This document shows positions 1 through 13,424 of a DNA stretch of 64,000 nt, in pieces. Each line of letters begins with the position of its first letter. Position 1 is the first letter of the stretch. Source of the DNA: Podarcis erhardii (Eukaryota). The position numbers were made by a program, and so were the translations under genes. The stretch lies in assembly GCA_964252035.1 (NCBI GenBank), contig OZ176216.1, one strand, 5' to 3'. Under the pieces are notes generated by a model that saw only the letters and a list, made by a program, of their open reading frames with translations, was not told the origin of the DNA and made no database searches.

Positions 1-164
1 GGTTACTTCTGGGTTTGGGGGGTCATGCATGCACATGCATGCTAAATCACGCTTTGTGCATGCACAGAAACAGCAAACCACAACCCGCACGTACGCAGAC
101 GTGCTGCTGCAGGTTGTGAATGTGCATCCCGCATGGATCACATTCACAACCCAAGCATCCATTG
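1..164. mobile_element. Truncated, decayed Tc1/mariner-pogo type MITE, same family as 35552-35810
   Basis: gttacttctgggttt and catgcagacgtg-like motifs are shared with the 35552 copy; ends ccattg|ta (decayed ccactg TIR plus TA). Confidence 0.6.
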
Positions 165-720
165 TAGTCTGTTGATGGCTGCATGCTGGCAGTAGGTAGG
201 GCCAGAACCATAAGTGGGTGGAGTTTGCAGCAATAATGGGGGAGGTACTCTGATGATTGATTGAACAGCTACAGAAGGAAAGGAGAGCTTGAAAGAGAAA
301 TATAGGTGGATTTGTGACCTTGGGGTTGTAGCCAACTTTCTCCAGCTGCTAGCTCAAGGGCTAATGTGCAACGGACAGGTGAGTTTTAATATTGTGCAAC
401 AGAGACATTCAATGCAACAGTTCCACTAGTGGAAACTCAGTCAATGGGCAACAGATTGTGCAAAAAAGTTCCAGTAACCTGCTTGTGCATTCTGTTGTGG
501 AACAATGTTCCACAAGTGCAAAAAAATTCACCAGCACAACATGTCTACCACTGAGCAATTTTCACTTAACACTGCAATGGATTCAATGCTTTTCCCCCTC
601 AACTTGCCACCCCTTCACTCTGCAGTGAAGGAAAGTATCCCTCTCTTACCCACCTCCTCAAAATTCTCATTATGGATGAAGTTCTGGATGGGGCTTGAAG
701 CATGATGGTGATTATCTTTG

Positions 721-1234
721 TGTCAGGAGGCAGATGTTCCATGCAGCGTTTTGGATGTTGCCGTTCCTCATCCCAGCACTTGATCAAGTGGATTTGGATT
801 GATGATGCCCTGCCTGGAGCAGGGAAAAGAAGAGCAGGTTGTCAATGGGAGTTTTAGCAAGATAGGGAGACTGCATCCAATGGCCATGATACAAGCTGCG
901 AGGCCGGCGGGGGGGAATCCAATGGTGGCAGTGCAAACAAAAAACTGCCACCGATCTGCAGAAATGCCGAACATATGGAGGAGCAGCCGACAACTGTCCG
1001 GAAGCAAATGGAGCCGGGAAGCAGAGTTTGCAGTATGGATGGCAGCCATATACTATTATCTCTTAGTTCTTGCAAGCAGAATTGCTGGATTGGCAAAGGG
1101 GGCTAAAAATATAGGTTTGGAGTGGGACTTTGTGTGGATTAAATCTGTATATGAATAAAAGAGCCGTTCTGAAGCAAAAACAAAAGACCCCCATTCTTAA
1201 TAATTCTTCTTTTTAAATGCATCTTCATGTCACA
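721..1234 (+). mobile_element. Possible solo LTR
   Basis: Starts TGTCAGG like the LTRs at 12786 and 40646, has AATAAA near 1154 and ends TGTCACA. No TSD found, so boundaries are uncertain. Confidence 0.3.
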
Positions 1235-2049
1235 GCAGCTTCCAGCTTAGAGGAGATATTCCCTCTTGCCTCTTCTAAGATGGGGCTTTCCAACCAGGGA
1301 CTCTGTAACTATTTGCATTGAACATAATTGACCATTTTGGAAACTAAACCTACTGCCGAATAAATTAGTACATGTCTACCAATCAAAAGTGGGTCTTTTA
1401 AATGAATTAAATGAATTGATTAAACTTTGCAGCCCTAAGTTTAGGATGATCAAGAGTGAAGGTGTTTTTGTTTTATTTAGCCTTCCCAATAGAATAAATT
1501 GAAATGTCTTACACCAGTCCTGTGGCCATGGAATTGAGACATATAAGATTTGAAACAAATGTTCATTTCCTCTGTGTTGCCAACATCCTGCCCCACTTTA
1601 GCCAGTCATCATTTTAGAGAGCAGTTTTGCATCAATGAACTAGCTTTGCCAGCATGTCTGGGGTGTTCTGCCAGAGTATCTGCTGGATCAGACCAATAAC
1701 CCTTCTAGTCTAGCATCCTGTTGCGTGACCAGGTGGTGACAGCTCCAGCCCCCAGGGATCATAAACAGGAAGAAAAAGTGAACCCGCAAACAAGAAACGT
1801 TAAACAAAGGGAGGCTAGGGAGAGTGAATCTCCAGAGCCGACTGCCTGTCTTTGGTTGGCTCCACCCTCTGTTTACAAATGGGGCTGGCCCCACTTCCCA
1901 GCGAGAAACTTGATTACTGAGGCTGGGCGTGACCCTCCAAAAATTAACACTGAGAGGCAAGCCAGCCCCTGTTTGCCAGTAAGCTCCCTGGGAACTGTAG
2001 CACCATGTGCAAAGGGCACCCACAATGTAAAGTGTGAGTGCTCATTCTC

Positions 2050-2907
2050 TCTCTTTTTTTAATGAATATTTATTAGGATTTTCAGTAAGAAAACAAAAAC
2101 AAAAATAGACAAAAAAATGACAAAAATACAAAAATACAAAACTTAAAAACAATTAAAAACACATAAAATTTCAATTGCTTATTTTCCTTTAACTTGTTTC
2201 TCAGACCTCCTCACACCTCTCCTTCTTGTATTCCAATTTAAATTATTAGCTCAGCAAATCCTTATTACTTATTTCTCAACTTTACTTAATAATTTATTTT
2301 AACATATTATTATTTTACTTTTTCTCTTTCTTCCATTTCCTTAATTTATTTTTGCAAACCTTATCTTCATTTAGTTTAAACCATTTTAGAGACCAGTTTT
2401 AACTTATCCAAACTTAAACATCAATACTTATACATCAGTACTCATTCTTAAACATTTTTCCTAATGTCGACCAAACTTCCCTTCCACGACTTTCCCAGTT
2501 TTCATACCAATAGCAAAACAATATAAAAACAAAACAAATTATAATTGTATACCCTTTGGATTCCCAAACTCCACCCACCCCCTTCCCGGTTTCAGTCCCC
2601 AGCAAGTGCCCATCAGTCTCAATATAGTATTAGCCTGGAGATCTCACATCTGAGGCTCTTAAATCTCTCTCAGTTCCTCTCTGCCAGTCTTTTTGATAGT
2701 CCTTAATGTTAAACCCCAAATCTCGGAGAGGCTCCGGCCCAACAGGATCCATGTTTCTTCCAGCCAGACCTCCATACTTAAAAATGAAGCCTATGGGGTA
2801 TTCCAAATCTTGTTTCATACTCCTTTCAAGTCCAAATGTCCCCAAAGCTCCTGCTTCCACCTTAATCAAATTTATAATCCTTCGGTCTTCAGATCTCCAC
2901 ATAAGGA
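2050..2907 (-). mobile_element. 5'-truncated L1-tailed non-LTR retroposon
   Basis: 14-bp TSD GAGTGCTCATTCTC (2036-2049 and 2908-2921). Poly(T) and tttatt at the left end. The terminal ~220 nt are homologous to the 3' UTR of the L1 at 4810-5456. Inserted into a CR1 3' fragment. Confidence 0.85.
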
Positions 2908-4582
2908 GAGTGCTCATTCTCACAGTGGCTGCCCAGATGCCTGTGGGAAATGCCCAAGCAGGACCCAAGCACAAGAGCCCTCCTGTGATTTCCAGCAAAG
3001 GGTGTTCAGAAATGTTACTGCCTCTCACAGTGGAGGCAGAAAATAGCCATTGTGGCTAGTAGCCTCTGGCTTAACAAGGTTTCTGCCAAATCCTATGGCC
3101 CCTCAGCTGGCAGATCCTGAATACAGAATTGTGCCCAAACCATGCTCAACTGCCCCACACCTGATGTCATATGTTCACTGTGGGGAATTTGATTGTGCAG
3201 TTCACCTTTGCAGAAAGCAGGCATGAAGTCACCCTGCTGATCAGGCCCTAAGTAATATGACTTTCATCCCAAAAATCTGATTCTCCCAAGGTTTACTGTT
3301 GCAGAATGATAAACTTTGGAATGCATGGATATAACAATGGCTGGGATCTGAATCACTGGTCCTGTAGAATCCATGCGTGTGTTCCTCTGCCCTCCTCATA
3401 TGTAAAATGGATACAGTAACTCAGAAAGAGGGGTTTGTTTAGGACAAAGTGCTCCATTGGAAGATCAATGAAAAAGAGAAACTTGTGTGAATCTTATTCC
3501 TGGAAAGCTCATTTATCAAACCAACCCTAGGCTGAAATTGTATTATCTGCCCTTGAAATAGCATGCTATGAAATTCTGAATGAAACCTGATGTGATATGT
3601 TTTATATTTTACGTATCTGTCTAGACACAACCGTTGAAGCCAACAATGATGAACAGATGCTATTTGTTTTCTGTTTTGTTTTCTTTTCTTAAAAATGAGG
3701 CAATAAAAGGCTGTTATTCATGTTGCAGCCTCTGTTAGTCGATTGCTAGTGTAACAATGTTCAGAGCCATTGATTTTGGGTCTGTGTGTTTGGAATCAAC
3801 AATGCCCAAGAATTTGGGCATATGGCAGAAGTTCTCAGACGCCCTTCCTTGAGGCAACCTTTCCATGTTGATTCCTTTGCTAAGGAATCTTTGGGTGGCT
3901 AGTAGCACTGAGATGAGATGAGGGTGGTGAAATCAGGGAAGATGACTCACCTTGAAAATAGGCAATGGGTCTTCTCTTTTTACTTCCTTTTTCTTCTAAG
4001 ATTATAAAGCATGCCGCTTCAGGCATGACCTTATGGAACCTAAAGGAAACCGCAAAACGGTGCTCCCCACAGACACATTCAAAAGCGACTTTCTTATACT
4101 GTTGAGTATCACCTTTGCTTGGCAGGGCTGCCTTTTTAATAAAGAAAAATCACACTGATACGTTCCAGTGCCCATGACAGAGCCCTAGCCGCTATTCTGA
4201 ACCGTAGAGGTCACCATTTTTTAAAATAAGCAATATATATTCAAGGCTGTAATTAAATACATGCAGGAAATAAAATTACAAGCATTACACCTGCTCAGCA
4301 GCAAGCTATTTCCGTGAAAACTGCTGGAGGAGCAGAGATCTATCAGAGCATCAGTGAAGTGCTGGCACCCACTGGGAAGATGGCATTTCAGGTTCCACGT
4401 TTGTGAGCTTGTGAGATGTCCAGGGCAGAATGACATCCAGCCTTTTGTGATGGCTGAAGCACAGGGGGTTGGGGTTGCTAGGTTTGTTTATTTTTATGCA
4501 ATGATTTTTCCCCAGAATAAAATAATTTATAGGCCACCTTTTGAATTTTGCATTTGTGTGATTTTCTATGGGGTTTTATGTA

Positions 4583-5487
4583 CCGTATTTTTCGCTCTAT
4601 AAGACGCACCTAGTTTTTGGAGGAGGAAAACAAGAAAAAAAATATTCTGAATCTCAGAAGCCAGAACAGCAAGAGGGATCGCTGCACAGTGAAAGCAGCA
4701 ATCCCTCTTGCTATTCTGGCTCCTGGGATAGCTGCGCAGCCTGCATTCGCTCCATAAGATGCACACACATTTCCCCTTACTTTTTAGGAGGGGAAAAGTG
4801 AGTCTTATATATACCTTTGGTGGACGTGCCCAAGGATCAAGGCTTTCTGGGAAATTATCTATAATGAAATGAAAAAGGTATTTAAATATACCTTCCTGAA
4901 GAAACCAGAGGCCTTTCTCCTGGGCATGGTTGGCCAATTGGTGTCAAAGAAGGACAGAACTTTTTTTATGTATGCGACAACAGCAGCAAGAATACTGCTG
5001 GAAGAATGGCAGATGAAGATGATGGACTATATGGGACTGGCAGAAATGACCGGCAGAATCCGAGACCAGGGAAAAGAGTCGGTGGAAGAAGACTGGAAGA
5101 AGTTTAAAGACTATTTACAGAAATATTGCAAAATTAATGAATGTTAGAACGATGTTGGACAGAAATTAAGGGGTTTCCAGCTGTAATGCTTAAGAGATAT
5201 GAAAAATAAGGTTTAGAAATAAGTAAAAACTAAATGGTGAGGATTTGCTGAATTAACAATTTGAATTGGAATACAAGAAAGGGAGGTAGGAGGAGGTCTG
5301 GAAAATAAGTTATAAGAAAATAAGTAATGGAAATTCTATATGTTTTAAATTATTTTTGTATTTTTATATTTTTGTATTTATGTTACTTTTTTCTTTTTTC
5401 TTTATTATTTCACATTGTATTATTTTTGGAAAACTTTAATAAATATTCTATAAAAAAAAAGTGAGTCTTATAGAGCAAAAAATACGG
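4583..5487. mobile_element. pogo/Tigger-like MITE interrupted by an L1
   Basis: TIRs ccgtatttttcgctctataagac / gtcttatagagcaaaaaatacgg; TA duplications at 4581-4582 and 5488-5489. Confidence 0.9.
4810..5456 (+). mobile_element. 5'-truncated L1 (ORF2 C-terminus plus 3' UTR)
   Basis: Encodes LWWTCPRIKAFWEIIYNEMKKVFKYTFLKKPEAFLLG...EEDWKKFKDYLQKYC, an L1 ORF2 C-terminal motif set. AATAAA at 5438 then an A tail. 16-bp TSD AAAAGTGAGTCTTATA (4794-4809 and 5457-5472). Confidence 0.92.
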
Positions 5488-6318
5488 TATGTCACTTTGA
5501 CTGCATATGTAAGTAAGCTTGACATTCTGCTAGGCCCTATCCAAAATCCACCAAACTTGCCCTGGGTTCTCATCTTTGTTTTGCCTTCCAAGTCCAGCAA
5601 GTTTTTAAATCAAAGGTTGGGCAACAGCATCTCCAGAATACAAATCTGATTTCCCTGCTCCCTACCCCCAGGAGATCTGAACATGCCTGTGATAAGTCCT
5701 CTCCTTGCAGGCCAAACCAAAGAATTATTGAAATGAATAAGGCTGTGGAGTTTACTTTGACTCCAGAGAAATGCTCTACTATGTGCTGATGAGCAAACCT
5801 TGAGGATTTACAGGCCTTTTTCCTGATCAGAGCCATTGAAGCAAGGCTGTAATATGCCAACTGGGCTTTGATGGAAGAATGGCGCTGTAATCCTGCTCAG
5901 AGCCTGCCTTACACATCCAAAACACCAGATTCACTTGCAATCTGTGCCAGCCAGCACCAGCAGCCTTTGGTTGGCATCTGTTTTGGGGTAAACTTTGCAG
6001 AGAGATACAGATAAAGACAGGTTTGCTGGATGTAGTTTGGACCCTCAGGCCTTGTCAAAGTTTACAAAAGAACTGTGCTTGCCTGTTTTTGTAGGCCACC
6101 AAGTGAAACCATGGGTCTATCTTATGAGAAATTGATCTTTTTGTGTAGTAGCACCTATTGTCTGAAACTCCTTGCCTTTTGATCTCAGGCAGCCACTTTT
6201 CTTGCATTGTTTTCAATGACTTATAAAAAATTTGTTTTTAGGCAAACCTACCCAGCCATGGAATGTTGTTATGTACTAGCAATCTTGTATCCAGCAGTGC
6301 TCAGGAATTCTGAGAAGC

Positions 6319-6321
<3 letters not shown>

Positions 6322-6355
<34 letters not shown>
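6322..6355. repeat. (AC)17 microsatellite
   Basis: Seen directly. Confidence 0.95.
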
Positions 6356-6359
<4 letters not shown>

Positions 6360-6670
6360 TCAATTTTGAAATCAGTGGTTAAAATCAGTACAGTTTTGAA
6401 AGGTTCAGGTCACCATTAGTGATGCCCAGTCATATCCAAACGCGGGCTAAAAACCTGCTCCTTGATCTCAAAAACTATCATGCAAATTTTGATTAAAATC
6501 AGCACAGTTTTGAGAGGCTCAGTCTGCCATCTTGATTCACAATGGCATCTGATTATATCCAAACGTGGGCGAAAACCTGCTCTTTGATCCTGGGAACCGC
6601 TATGCTAAATTTGGTTATGATACCATTATAGGTGCCCAAATGCATAGAGAACAAACAACTTGCTGAAATA
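6356..6670. repeat. Degenerate element with two diverged ~120-bp direct repeats
   Basis: aaaatcag(t/c)acagttttga...atatccaaacg(c/t)gggc(t/g)aaaacctgctc(c/t)ttgatc occurs twice (about 6381 and 6496). Family not identified. Confidence 0.5.
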
Positions 6671-8489
6671 TGTAGTGGATGTTTGTTTTAAAAACTGTTG
6701 ATTTCATCTACGTTTTGATACTTTTGCTATGTTCATTATGTGTGTTTTTAATTGATATTTTCTTATTAATATTTTATATTAATGCTTAAAGAGTTTTTCC
6801 TAATACAAATCTTGTTAAATAAAAAACAAGATAAACAGCCAGGTCTGCACACAGTAGGCAGTTGCTCTCCAGGAATCCATAGAGGGGCTTTTCCTGGACT
6901 GATGTGAAGATGCAAATGATTCAGCATTTATGACGCAAAGCACATGCTCTGCCCCTGAAGAATATCCCCAGAGGCGATCTGTGGTTCTTGGGCTGGACCC
7001 TTATTCTGGCCATTGCTTTCCCTTCATGCAGTTCAAGAAGAGTCAGTTTAAAAACAAGCAAACCCCTGAATAGGGATTGTGTGAATGGCAGAAGTGTACT
7101 TCCTCCCTTTCCAGGAGGCAAAACAGCCTTTCCCAGTTGGTCTTGGCTGCCGTCTAAAGCCCATAAATATTGGTCATCTCCAAAGAATGAGCAGTGATAG
7201 TGGCAGTTCAGGAATGGCTGAACTGCCATTGGACATCTGGACCTTCTGAGCAATTTTCCATTTAGAAAATGAGCCACTCTGTGGGTGCCTTACAGTGTTA
7301 GCACTTAATAGCCATACTAATTGATTTAAAGCTTTTCCAGCCTGTGCCAGGTTAGGTGAACTACAGAATGTGGCTTGATTGGTTCAGAGCCTAGCACTGC
7401 ATTAGGAAGAGGGCAATATGAGAATATCAGGTTCTTGATTTCTCTTTTTCCTTTCAGATGCAACAAATACTGTAAATTTGCCAAAACTTAAGAGTTTTGC
7501 CAGTCCAATTTCAAACATTCAGTTTCTACCTCGATGTTTGAATTTGCATTTTGACTAGGAATTGTCATTTTTTAATCTCAAATTTTAAATACTTCAGGCT
7601 TTGTTGGCATTTCTGCCTTGTTTTGGCTGGCATCAAATTATGGAAGCTAAAAAGAACTGCTGAACTCTGTCAACTACTAAATGCCATTGCATATCAATTA
7701 CCAGATTGTTTGGTTAATAGATTTACATCCCAACAAATGGCCCAGTGGATTCTCTTAGCAATTTACAAGATCACAATGACAAGAAGCCTATTAAAAACAA
7801 ATAAATGCTATTTCATGGCAAACCACCAGGTAGTGTCAAATAAGTAACGCTGCTGCATGTCTGCTATGAAATGCTTCCTAATATGTCACATACTGAAATC
7901 AAATATCTTCAGATTTCAAAAACAGATAGCAAACATTTGCTGAATGCTTGAGTATATTTGAAGATCAAAAAATTTTGAAGGGGAAAATCATTTCATCTTG
8001 TCTTTCCCAAGGGGTTGTCAATGACTTTTTTCATGGATTGTTCATTTATATATATATATATATATTGCAACATCCTCTATGGGTTCCTTTGCTGGACCTA
8101 TCACATCTCAAGATGACTGCTTCTGTGATCATGTGGAGTCGTGTTCCTTCCCATGCTGGTTAAATTGGTCAGCTGGAGTAGAAAATAATTACAAATTCCA
8201 GGCACTTTCCCCATCAGAACTTCATATGTTAATCAAGTGGCATGGGCTCAGACCATGGCGAATTGGTTTTTGGGAGGATGCTGCAGAACCACATTGATTG
8301 TTGCTTTTGTTGTGAGTCACTCTGAAGGCTTTTAATTAGAAAGACAACCCTGAATGAATGAATCAATCAGTCAGTCTCTGGTAATATTGATTAAACCTTA
8401 GCTGGCTGAAGAAGAGAAGAGAAACTGGGTGGGTTGTAACTAGGTAAGATGGGAAGGTCCAGACACTAATTCAGGAGTGGAATGCCTTT

Positions 8490-8610
8490 GGATCTTTGGC
8501 TGTTGCTGAACTACAATTCCCATCAGACCTGGCAAGCATGGCCAGTGACCTAGAATGATGGGAGCTGTAGTTCAGCAACCAATGGAGGGCCCAAGGTTCT
8601 CCACACCTGC
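8490..8610. mobile_element. Hairpin MITE fragment (hAT-like), related to 37065-37200
   Basis: Internal inverted repeat gttgctgaactacaattcccatca / tgatgggagctgtagttcagcaac. Confidence 0.65.
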
Positions 8611-9161
8611 ACGACTTTCAGAGATGCACAGGAGGGAAAAGAAAACTAGCAGTGTCTTTTCCTGCCATTGATGCAACCACGGTGGAACAAATTGTACCTG
8701 GCAATATTCTCTCCCCCTATGCAATATATTCAAGCCTATTTTGGTTTTATAATTGTTTGAATTTGATATCCTCCCCCACACAAAAGTAATTCTGTCAATG
8801 GCTGTTTGGTGCAGGAGCTGAGAATTATCGCAGGGTAGGATGTCCCAGGATTCGCTGGGGAAAGGGAATAATTGTAAAACCATTTTAAAACTGTAGGGTG
8901 GATGGCCTTTGAAGGCACAGGGTCCGGGTCCGAGTAGCTCTATGACTGGGAAAGCGAGCAAGACTCATCTGACTATCAATTTGTTGGGCACAGACACCTG
9001 GCACACTGATTTCAGTGATTCTGTTCCCTCATTAGATATTTAATCAGGGACAACAAGCTTATGGCCAAACATTTTGCAAACTCAGGTTGGATTTTGATAA
9101 AGTGGAACAGCTTAGCAGAAACATGTTCCAAAGAGACCAAATAATGGAACTGGCAGGGTTT

Positions 9162-9164
<3 letters not shown>

Positions 9165-9206
<42 letters not shown>
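9165..9206. repeat. (AT)21 microsatellite
   Basis: Seen directly. Confidence 0.95.
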
Positions 9207-9209
<3 letters not shown>

Positions 9210-9942
9210 CAGATGCGAAATGAATGAGAAAGGGGGGTGTAATATTATATTCCTGGATCTGGAATCCATAGCTTGGGAGCTCAGCAGAAGCTGAGAGAGG
9301 AACAAAGTAGTTCTGATTTCTTGCCAAAGTGCCTCTGCTGCCATCGATTCAGCACTCTAAGCAGCAGGAGAAAAGAAGAAGATTGTAAATCACCGATTCA
9401 TCCATCTAATAACACCTGATGGCAAAGAGCCACCAGCTTTCTCGAGACCATCTACTTTATAAGTGCTGCATGGGGGAAGGACAATTGGAACCCAGAAGAG
9501 GCCATCCTCGGAAAATTCAAGGGAGCGCTCATACACACTTGTTTCCCAATTTGCGCCTGCGGCCTCAAGTGAAGACATGCAAGGGTGTTGGAGAGAGTTT
9601 TTGTATTTCCACCAACACAACTGCTTTTCAGGGCTGGCATTTCACACATTCAGATGCAAATCACTGAAGAATATTCATCCACATATGAATCAGCTCCAGA
9701 CATTCCATTACTTTAGTTAGCTGCAGTGCATTGGCTCTCTGCTGCTTCTTTTCAAACTCCAGGCAAAATAATTATTCACTCTATACAGTCCTCTTCCTTT
9801 CTGGTGTATGTTATCAATAGCACACATTCCTCTGCCTCCAGCCACGCAGGCATCAGGGATGGGTCAGATCCATTTTGGTCAAGCCACAGATGACTTAGCA
9901 GGTGATCTGAAGTGGATCCATTGGGGGGGGGTATGAAATCTG

Positions 9943-10307
9943 TAGGGTTGCCAGGAGCATCCCAGACCCAGAGATTTCAGGGCCCAAACCTGAGACAGGA
10001 GAAGCCCCTGGTGATGTCTTGGGGTGACCCCCATGATTCTTCCTGTGTGCTCCCTCTCTCCACTGAGCCCTGGAGATGGAGATTAATTGGGAGAGGGGCA
10101 GAAGGAGAAGAGGAGAGTCTATGCAATTATTTGCAGTCAGCTCCTGCCCAGCTGAAATTTGCAAGGTGTGCACATAGTCTACTTAATTTTAAAAATAAAA
10201 TAAAATCACATTCGCCCACCTGGAATTTTAAGCCCCCAACCTGTCACCTGGAGCGGGTCAGGCAAACCTGGAGACTTCAGGTGAGCCCTGGAGGTCTGGC
10301 AACTCTA
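9943..10307. mobile_element. Non-autonomous DNA transposon
   Basis: TIRs tagggttgccag / ctggcaactcta; no TSD recognised. Confidence 0.65.
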
Positions 10308-12785
10308 TCTATTTGGCACTTCTCACAATTATTTGCAAACAGTTGTGAAAAACATGGAGCATGGTTGCCGCCTCTCCTTTTAATTACAGCCTCAAATATC
10401 TAAATGTCCCCAGATATTTCAGCCATGGCTGTTTTCAGTCAAACAGGTCAGCTCCATCTGAATGAACCAAATTGATCTAGAATTATAATTGTTTTGGCAT
10501 TTCTATGAATAGTTCAATATTTTCTTCAGGTTTTCTTTTCTTTTTTTAAGGTCTCTGCTTTGACAGAAATGGTTGCTCAGATGTGATCTGTCTATGAAGA
10601 GTCTTGCTTTATTTGTTTGATTTATTAAAGCGATGTCAGGCCTCTTGTAACTAATTGTTTTCCTAGTAATTATTGGCTATTCCCCAAAGAACCATTAATT
10701 AGAGTTTTTGAGGATGGCTTTTCAGCCAATATGCTCAATAGCGTGCCAGGATGTCAACAAGGTGAATGCTGAAGGGCTATTGTCTGATCCGCTTTTTGTC
10801 TGAAAGGTCTGCATTTCTGTCAGCTCACAGTTAAGTCAAGATTGGAAGAGACACAGACAAAATGTTTAGTTGCTTCCTGAGGTTTTGTGACAGATGTTGC
10901 AGGAACCATAGTCACTTGGCAATGTTTTTTTATTATTATTATTCACTTCTGTAAACACTTTGTAGCAATCAGCAGCTCTTGAAGGTCAGCCATTAATCTG
11001 TCATCCTAGAGAGGTCTGTGTCACATGGGTTTGGGCCAGCCCTCAGCACTTGGGGCATAGAGACCTGCCTATCTGTAATCTACAATATGCTAGATATAGG
11101 AAGTGATTGAGTCATCCGAGTACAAATGGTTCAGTCTTCCTCTCTAGGAATATGCTCTCTTGTTTCACCTTGTTGAAATACTTGTTTGGAACCCTTGTCA
11201 GCAAAACTGGCTGTGTCATTTTCATAGGGGTTGTGTTTTCAAAATGGTTGCTTTGCATCCTAGCATGAGCTTCAACTGTTTCCTTTCAGACCCCCTTTCA
11301 GTTTGCTATGGTATATAGTTCTGAATAGTAGTTTGAAGACTGTCAACCAATTGTGGCTGTCAACCATCCTTTCTCACTCTGCGCAACTGAGTTAATGGTA
11401 TGGTGCCTTGCATGATCCCACTGGTTTTCATGTTTTGGAAATCTCTTTGTATATGTGGCTTACAACTCCAGAATAGGACGATCATGAATATTGGATTCAT
11501 AGCATCCCTATTCCTTTCCCATTTGTCTCCTCCTAACAGAAGGAGAGAGTGTGGTGGAAAAGGGCAAGAATTTTATGTCCCCCTACAGAATGGGCACAGG
11601 GTAAGTTGGGGTCATTGTTCTATTGGCTGCTCTTGCTATAGCAGCCCTTGACTCTGCTTGGACCAGGGCTTATTTACACTGCTCCTCTAAGCAAAACAGG
11701 ATCTGAGTCTCAGCACCATCAAATGGAGCAATGTGGATGGGCAGGCCTAAGAGTGACTGTAGGGAATTTGGGGGTTTGTAGGAGGAAAAGGGAAATGGGA
11801 AGTATTGTGCTTAAGTGAATACTTTATTGCTTTAAAATACGTATATACTCACACATTGTAAGAGCATCACTCAGAATCCGAGTGAAAAATGAAATTTCAG
11901 GAATTCAGATTTGTGTGCCATTTGTGCGCCATTTTGGTCCTGGTCTACTTCAAGTCCTCCACCCCCAAAACACTAATTTGTACATGCCCGTGGGGCTGAA
12001 ATGCTCTCCTTGAAGGCATAGTTTGCTCAGATCTTATCTTGTCTTCTCTGTATGACGGTGAAACCCTTTGAATATTAGAATGTTCTGTTTACACAAAGCC
12101 TGTCTATGTTCTATCTCTTTTTGCAAACTAGAACTAGGACAATTATTCTTAATCTGTGAGAGACCTGCTAAAGCAGCAGGAATATTTGAATTCTGTTGTG
12201 TGACCCAGCTTGCTATAGCTAGAACACGGAATATTCAGACATGAAAAGTGTAGAACTGGGAGGGACATGATTCGTCTATTGGCTGCCCAGAGAGATCCTT
12301 TTACTTACTGCTATTCTCATGGGGGGGTGACATGTGGAGGGGCTTTCTCCCAGGTGAAAAATCCTAAAGCAGTATTTTTTTTCTCCCTGATCCAAATAAA
12401 TCTGCCATCCCCAGTAATGTTTTAGCTTCAAATAAATTACAGCTCTAGGAAGCTTATGGCATCCTAGAATGGGGGAAGATTTTCAGTCTGGGAATCCTTG
12501 CCCTGATTCCCAACCCCCCTCCCCTTCAAGGGTTCAAGCACAAGTTTCATCCACAAATTTCATCCTCCCCAAAGTGAGCTTCAGCTGCTATTGACATGGT
12601 TCTTTAAAGGCAAAAATATATATTCAGTTCCGGTCAAACTGGGAGGGCTAGGAAGCCTTTTCTTGTTCCAGATTTACAAACAAGCATTTCATGCATAACC
12701 AGGGGGTTCTCTGCATACTCAGATGCACCCTTCTTGTCTGTGAGGGGGACTGTTTCACCACCTGGTTGACAAGAACCAGACTACC

Positions 12786-13273
12786 TGTCAGGCTTTAGGG
12801 AATCAGTTTCCTTCCCTGTGACAGTAAATAAGAAGATCAAATGAAAGGATTATTAAACGTCTTTAATAATCACAGTGAGAGAAAAAAGAACATGTCTCCC
12901 TAGAATGGTGGTGCTCCCAATTAAGGCTCACTCCCCCCCCCCCATTGATCTATGTCACTCCTACGTTTTGTAATCTGAGTTTGTACCATCTGCACTTTCT
13001 GTTCTAACACTTTCTGAGCTCTCTGTGTCTTTGGAGAAGAGGGGGTTAATGCTGTCCAGAGACTGTGACTCTGTTAACCCTCTCTCTTCTAGTGTTTCTT
13101 CTCCTAGCTGTTCCCCATCCAGTATTTCCCAGCTTCTGCCTTCTGAACTATGCCCCTCTGCAAGCCACCGTTCCAAATCTATACTGTCCTCCTGGGAAGA
13201 TTCAGGATCAGGGGGAGGGAGTGGCTCCCACCATTCTTCCTCAGTGCAGCCCTCCTCAGCACGGTCCCTGACA
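12786..13273 (-). mobile_element. Solo LTR (Gypsy-like), 488 bp
   Basis: Ends TGTCAGG...CCTGACA with 5-bp TSD CTACC/CCACC (4/5). Its minus-strand start resembles the start of the LTR at 40646. Confidence 0.75.
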
Positions 13274-13424
13274 CCACCACATTTCCTTTTTAGTATTCAG
13301 TGATGGTGATAAAATGGAGGTGAACGCTGCTCTTTCCTATAAAACTGCCCCCAAGACAGAAATGTTAAAAGCAAATGAAATACAAGACAAATGGCAATAA
13401 AACACCAGAGTCCTGAATCTCAGA

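Noticed and set aside
12961-13303. Acidic and Ser-rich ORFs
   Set aside because: Inside a solo LTR; compositional artefact.
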